DNA of 13,404 bases from a virus, in IMG/VR virus record IMGVR_UViG_3300045988_123230, positions 1-13,404 of that record; one strand, written 5' to 3'. Within the stretch, counting starts at the first letter, position 1, and each line of letters starts with the position of its first letter. Below, piece by piece: positions 13,156 to 13,404 of the stretch. Under the pieces are notes generated by a model, which was not told where the DNA came from, searched no databases, and saw only the letters and a program-made list of their open reading frames with translations. The position numbers and the translations under genes are program-made.

Positions 13156-13404
13156 TCTCACCCCTTCCGACGTGATTATTTTACCACAACGCGCCGAAAA
13201 ATCAAGAGGTTTTTTAAAAAAATTTGAGAAAAAATTGAAACAAATTTCGGTTCAGTGTTGGTAAACTAGAGTTTAGTTAGTGTGAATTGAATGGGTTTGG
13301 TATGAGTAAACAGGAGTTTAGCGGGTGTAAACTGATTGTTATGAAATATAATTATATAAGTATAGGGGAATTGTTATGAAAGTATAATAATGTCACTGCG
13401 GCCC
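13156..13404. repeat. Right inverted terminal repeat (ITR-R), 249 bp
   Basis: Exact reverse complement of 1..249. Confidence 0.97.
13178..13205 (-). promoter_or_regulatory. Early promoter inside ITR-R, reading inward (mirror of 200..227)
   Basis: Identical sequence to the left promoter by ITR symmetry: TTGATT, 16 nt, TGgTAAAAT on the - strand. It drives the 13106..12649 operon. Confidence 0.7.

Noticed and set aside
1-13404. ITR-bounded element interpreted as a transposon, casposon, polinton-like element or linear plasmid
   Set aside because: No transposase, integrase or Cas1 was found. A full set of head, portal, tail and lysis genes with phi29-like motifs argues for a virion-forming phage. 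No flanking host sequence or target-site duplication is present, because the ITRs reach the window ends.
1-13404. Lysogeny module, CRISPR array, tRNA genes
   Set aside because: I looked on both strands for an integrase or repressor pair, for regularly spaced direct repeats, and for cloverleaf-compatible segments, and found none. The only tandem repeats are the coding PA tract and the 21-bp duplication.

Overview
This window is a complete linear dsDNA genome of a very small (13,404 bp) phi29-like, protein-primed podophage. Perfect 249-bp inverted terminal repeats bound it (1..249 is the reverse complement of 13156..13404), and each carries an inward-facing extended -10 promoter. The left early operon (+ strand, 252..5009) encodes small proteins, two 28-aa hydrophobic micropeptides, an SSB candidate, a terminal-protein candidate, a family-B protein-primed DNA polymerase and a gp16-like packaging ATPase. 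A 430-bp gene-poor switch region (5010..5439) follows. It holds a 20-bp perfect palindrome abutting a near-consensus promoter, and a compact structured RNA beginning at the predicted +1. The late operon (+ strand, 5440..12622) encodes a BhlA-like holin, an NlpC/P60 endolysin, a (PA)22 scaffold candidate, the major capsid protein, tail knob, tail lysozyme, portal/connector, a collar candidate and a Cys-rich beta-helix tail appendage. A bidirectional terminator separates it from a short right-end early operon on the - strand (12649..13106) encoding a very acidic 90-aa protein and a 55-aa protein. Strong AAGGAGG-type ribosome-binding sites and the lysis genes point to a Gram-positive (Firmicutes-type) host. 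I saw no integrase, tRNA, CRISPR array or transposase. All functional calls rest on motifs, size and synteny read by eye; no database search or folding program was run.
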